A stretch of DNA of 64,000 bases, taken from positions 1 to 64,000 of the forward strand of contig NW_020847620.1 in assembly GCF_003704095.1 (NCBI RefSeq). The letters run 5' to 3'. A program made the position numbers and the translations under genes. This document shows, piece by piece, positions 58,364-64,000 of this stretch; the first letter of the stretch is position 1; the number at the start of each line of letters is the position of its first letter. The notes under the pieces were generated by a model. That model worked only from the letters and a program-made list of their open reading frames with translations, was not told the origin of the DNA and searched no databases. Source of the stretch: Pocillopora damicornis (Eukaryota).

Positions 58364-59550
58364 GATGGCGAAGGGTAAAATAGTAAACAAAGGTACAAGG
58401 ATATCAATTTCAGCGATTCCGCCACCATTGTGTCGAAAAGCACGAGCATTGACAACCTAACTCAGTCAATAAGCATTTTAAAATATAAAAGTTTCCATTA
58501 AAGAGCTATTTCAGCCCGCATCTCAGGGACCATGCAGCTCCTTCGGGCCTTTTTCACTTCCATCGCGTGCGGCTCTCAGCCAGGTATTTGGATAGAAAAA
58601 ATTTCAATAAAAGTGCGTTATTCGCTAAAAGGGTTATGCGATAAAACTTTCTTTTATTCTTTTTCAAAGAGTTGAAAGTTTAAGCTTTTAACTTTTGTAA
58701 CTGTTGCTCGTAATAGTTGCTCATAATGATATGATCTGTGACTTTTAAAACTCTCCACGACTCACCAACAGCATTGAATAAATTAGCTTGGCTTTCATCA
58801 ATATTACGATAAAACAAATTGGGACTAAAAGGAAAAAGAATTTGCATTTTCACGTAGTTTACATTTTTCTTAGCTCTAAAAAGATGATTTTTCTTACCAT
58901 AGTTATAGAGAAAGTAGTTATATACATGTCTTCACTTATCGGCAAGTATGAAATAAGTCAGTTTAACTGCAGATTATAAATGGAAACGACTATATAAATA
59001 TCCTGGAATAAGAGGAGTCTTATAATGTAAGGCTTAGAAAAAGCTATCTACAGTTTCTTTATTTACAGTTGGCATTTGAGGATCTATCTGTGACATAATA
59101 ATTAAGGTTTACTAGGGATTCCATTGTTGGAGGTTAAAAAAATTGAATTATATACGGAACAAGCGTACATTTGCATACACCAAAACTGTTATTCTCCTTA
59201 AAGGGTGATAGATTAGAGCGATAGCATACATCTCCATCATCTGCTTACAGCAGAATCAACAAAGTTTCCGACATAAGTCATTTAACTATTACAAGGAAGT
59301 TTTCACCAATAAATAACTTGAGCTATGCAGCAAGGGTATATATACGACTAGGCTCTTTAATTACTTCAAGGTATGGGAACTACTGGTAAAGACATCACTG
59401 GTATAGCTTGATTAAATGTTCCTTTGATAATTCATAAGTGTTGACTCAAAACTCTTTAGAATTCCATGAATGATATGAAAACTAAAGCAAAAGAAACAGT
59501 AAGAGCAGAAAATGCATCCGCTTCATGTCTGGTCATGTCCTTCCTCTTCT

Positions 59551-61979
59551 TCAACTTGGCAATGTTATCAATACAGCGAAGTAGGAGATGATTATTCCTA
59601 CGAGCTGCAAGGAGATGAGAGAAGGTGACTTTGGGTTAGATTTCAAGTAATTAGATGGATAAAAATAAAATCAAAAGCAAAGAAATAACAACAACCGAGG
59701 TAAAATCGATGGCATAACCGTGAAGAGAAACCAAGAGAAATACCGAGATAACCAGGGACTTGTCGATCACCACAAATCCACCAATGGACAATCCAATGGG
59801 CTCTCCCCGAAGATGCATCATGAAATGTAAAAGCTAAAAATAATAAATGGTAAAAAAAAAAAAAAAAAGATAAATAAAATACCAATGAATCAAGAAGAAA
59901 ATACCTCTCAGATTTTGCAATAAAATCTGGAGAACGTGATCACAGCCCTTCAAGCCAAAGTAAACGGGCTAAATTTAAATATTTCGCAGTGTTCATTTGC
60001 GAAGGGTAGCAAGGATTCTACCAATTTTACAGCGCACGTCTACACGAGTTTGTCAGCTATCGGTTTTTTTTTGTTCACAACTTAGTTGGCCTCTATCGGT
60101 TTGGTGACTCAAATGGCTCTCCTAAACATCAAATTTCTCCAAAACACTAAGAACTTCTTACCTCTAAGTGACCCTTGTTGTCAGGAACAGTGAAACTTTG
60201 TAAGATGTCATAAAAGCTGTGAATCTGAAGGGAAGAAGAAAGGATGAAGGTAGGTAATTATGATACTTTTTCGACAGTGTTGAAATTAGGCCTTAAATAA
60301 ATTCTTGTTTCCTTAGTTTACCTTCTTCACAATCCTCTCTATGGTGGCCTGTAATTTTCATTATAAACTACAGGTTCAAAGTTGAAACTACTCTTCCAAA
60401 GTTACAGATACGTTTAACATTTGACAGAAACGCACAAAAAAGAATAATTTGCATGTAAATATGATAGATTAGTTCACTCCTTCGACGTTTCCTGCTAGGA
60501 TTTTTACAAAAGGAACATTTCTCGTATAGATTTAAGCTAGAATCAATTAATTTTAAGACATGCTGTGTCGTCTAGATTGACTGTTTTTACATGAAGCAAT
60601 GTTAAATTTCTAGGAATCGTTTGTAAAGTTGTTTAACCTAGACATATGTATATATATATATATATTTTTTTTTTATTTTTATTTTTATTTTTATTTTTTT
60701 ATCAAGGAGGCAGAAATCTACGAAATTTTGCCATGAAATCCCTTGCGATACAGATTCAGCCTAGATGAAGCATTTTAATAGGCTCTTTTGTAAACAAACT
60801 GAGCACATTAGAAATTGCCACCGGACAGATGTCGAAATCTTGACACGGACAAAAAACTCTGTCGCAAAGCTGTTTTAAGGTTGGAGCCCTGCTTAGTTTA
60901 CTTGATAAGGATAAAAAAAAAAGTGTTGAAAACCAACGATGCAACAGGAAAAATCTTACCTTTTCGTTGACTCTAACTCCCGCCAAAAGGATAAAAGCTA
61001 ACTTAACAACCACACAAACAGACCAGTACAAAAGTGAGACAAGATACGTAAAGTCTGAACTCGTAGATGCGTTCGATTTCACCAGCTGGTGATAGTTGAA
61101 ACACATCAAAGGAACATCTAAGCCCACTGCCGCCAAAAGAAGATGAGAAAAAACTTTATTTGCGAGATCAACCCGCACACAAAGTTTTCGATGTTCCTGC
61201 CGAATCCATCTGATATCGGAGGCATCAGGATCGCCTGCTTTTACTTTGGTCTCCAAATCCTCAAAAATTCCAAGCAGCAGATCGCAAGATACGTAAAACA
61301 ACGAAAATGGCAGTGCCCATGAAAAGCAACTGCAGAAGATAAACGCAAAGAAGTTCAAGCGATAAACCAGAAATCCGTTCCAAGGACGAAAAGAGATTAT
61401 CGAGCCATACATGAGGTCTAAAGAAATAACGAAGAGGGTGTTGAAAATAGCAAAGAAAGTGACGGAAGCCAATATCAAGTTCACCTTACATTTCTTTGAC
61501 CTTCTTTCATTACTTTCTGCACTGCACAAGCTGCTTAAGAATTGCGAAAAACGGGATGACTCTGCTTGCCTGTTTGGGAAAACGTATAGACATATTGTTG
61601 CAACTACTGCACATTGTAGAGCCCAGATGGAGAAGATCAACACAAAATAAAATCTCTTCAAATCTGCAAAACCTTCAAAGAAAACAGTTGTAACGCACTG
61701 CACCACGACACCCCACTGACCAAGAGTTACAATTCCGCGGTACAGACGAGAAAAGAGGCGCGAACTAGTTGCAGGTACCTCGTTTAGCACCAAAACATCC
61801 TGAGAGCACTCTCCGGTTAATTTCATCAAATATATAATGGGTCGAAGCCTTGAAGCTATTTCTTTACGGCGAGGATGGTGATCTCCGGACGCATTTCTAG
61901 ACTCGCTCAATGCAGTTTCGTTTTCTTGTGATTGTTCGGAAGGTACATCTTGAAGGTGAGAGTTATTTACATGCAGCAT
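59551..61979 (-). CDS. Gustatory receptor-like 7TM protein GRL-4, 408 aa
   Basis: Exons 61979-60960, 60224-60162, 59833-59744, 59604-59551; same three phase-0 introns; EHRKLC, GEPIGLSIGG, IISYFAVLITLPS. Confidence 0.9.
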
Positions 61980-64000
61980 TGTTCGAGACGACAGAAAACG
62001 ATGAGCCTATTTTTCAATAAAGTCGACGAACTAGTTGACTTTATACTAAAAGAAATGTAAGCTAGATGACTATTCTCAAAAAAGCTTGGACATCTAAGAA
62101 TGCTTTCCTTTTTCTCCCTTTCTCTCACAAAAACACGACAATTTTAGTTTCATGTAGCAGTTTGTTTAACTTATTTTTTTTTTCAAATCCAACAGCTGCA
62201 AATCTACATTACTCATGTTTACATTAAAGCAGTGAGTCAATAGTGATTCAAAGGTTCTGTGTCTTGATTCACTCGGAATGAGCAGTATGATCCATTTCTT
62301 CTGTCAATTAAACCAGCTATTTATTCTGCAACTTTTCTTTAAGTACTAATTACGGAGCACCAATCAACCATTCAGAGCTATCTTCTTTCAAACGTCCACC
62401 ACATCTCCTCACAACAAGACGTTCATTTCGCAAAGGACAAATTGCATTTCAGAAGCACCATTAAATAATGCTATCTTCCACGGGAGATAATTCATGAAAA
62501 TTTTAAGAAGGCAATGTGCTTGGGCGCCTTATTGATTTCGCATCATATGAGGCCTTAACAAACCTCCGGGTGAAGTGATTTACTAAAGGCAAAACATTTC
62601 AAAAATTTTAATAATCTTTGTGGCGTGGTAAATCCCATTAATTTTGGTTACTATCTTAAAGTTAAGGTCATGCTGAGACCTCCAGTTCAAGTTGATTTCA
62701 TTTTCACAAAAATTTACATTTTATTCTAAATGAGACTTCTGGTTCAGATGATAATACCGTTGTAACTGAGAATTGAAAGCTAACTGTGGGGCACCCAGGT
62801 TGGGCTCATAAGTAAGAAAAAAACTAAAGTGGATAAAGGTGAAAAATCGGTCGTTTTGAGATGAATCATCAAGCTATCCCTTAGAAGCTGGTCTAAGCCG
62901 ACATTTTGTTTATTTGTTAGTTATTGAACGTAAGACCTTTTTTCTTTGTATCTGTCAATTTTACATGACTTTCACTTTTTGATTATTTACTCTTCACGTA
63001 ACTAAACGCTTTTTGCATGTGTCTTTGGAAATTGCTTGGAAACATTTTTGCTGCATTTTTGCATGTTGCATTTAGTGGCAATTGAGCCAAACTGTGATAT
63101 TATAATGAGGTCTTGAATCACTGTTGAGAAGAACCCAAGCATTTCAGGGAATGATCAACCCACTAAAAATAGCTTCGATTCTCGCATGTCAAGCTCTTGG
63201 CTTAGCTGGTAGTAACTAACAGGCACAGGTAAAAAAAAAGGAATGATATCTGTTTCATCGACTTCCCTAGAGTAACATGGCAGCCGCAGCACACTTATTT
63301 TTTTAGTATCTTACGGTATACGCTGAATTGAATATATGTAAACTAAATAAATATAGTCAACACAATGTAAAGGAGTGAAAGCTTGATGATATGGCTGTTG
63401 TACCTAAAAATCGTTCTCATTTGCTTCAAGTGAACCAGGGATAGCATCAAAGTTTCTAAATGCAATTGCAGTATTCTGATATTGCAAGATTTCAATGGAT
63501 ATCATTGCCAGTTGCGGCAAGTGTAAAAAGATAGTTCGAAGCAGTGTGATTGTTGCTATCATGGTGCTTAAAAAATCAGTATCAGGGAAGGATATTGGCG
63601 TTGCTACTCTTCAGTATGTTTATTCTTTGGTTATGCAGTCGAAAGAGAAGGCATTTAGGAAGCAATAGAAATTGTGAGCTATTTGTGTTATTGTAAATGA
63701 ATTAAACAACCAACAGCTGAAAGAAAGCTGAGCCACAATAATCCGATGAAGTAAAATTTCACGATGAAAGTACGTTTTTTTTCTCTCTAATCTTAAATAT
63801 TAAAAAAATTACCTCGATTGTGATTGGTTAAAAAAACTGCTCTTTTCAAGCAATTCACCTGCCAAGTTGTACTCGTACAGTTTTTTTATCAATTTTTTAT
63901 AAATTATCACTTTCATTATCATTATCATTATTAAAATAATAATTATTATTATTACCTCAGGGTAAGATCATTACAAAAGAAAGCCAGTCTAGCACAATGT

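Overview
Animal genomic DNA: AT-rich, GT-AG introns, three 100-N assembly gaps. It is most likely a stony coral; the calmodulin ending ...FVKMMTSK with F99, the PAN-EGF-fibrinogen lectin and the MITE/SINE families fit that, but the taxon is my inference. No prokaryotic features were seen. Contents in order: (1) a gap-truncated secreted-protein start; (2) a complete 9-exon PEX10 (-). (3) A calmodulin cluster at 10.6-31.4 kb: canonical CaM (-), an orphan CaM promoter with exons 1-2 (-) next to a gap, a 5-substitution CaM (+), and two divergent CaM-like genes (-), one with troponin-C-like EF loops. (4) Two intronless ~100-aa orphan paralogues sharing a C-terminal domain that ends in a PDZ-type tail. 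(5) A secreted PAN-EGF-fibrinogen-like lectin. (6) Four gustatory-receptor-like (GRL, 7TM ion channel superfamily) genes flanking an intronless class A GPCR. Most notable: an identically spaced CCGCA..GACGCA-17nt-CArG promoter module in all three near-canonical CaM promoters, a 9-bp-period TGCGTCA array, the graded CaM paralogue series, the orphan EDTE(L/F) microprotein pair, and a diversifying GRL array with VxP ciliary-type motifs. All gene models were read by hand; no database searches were run.
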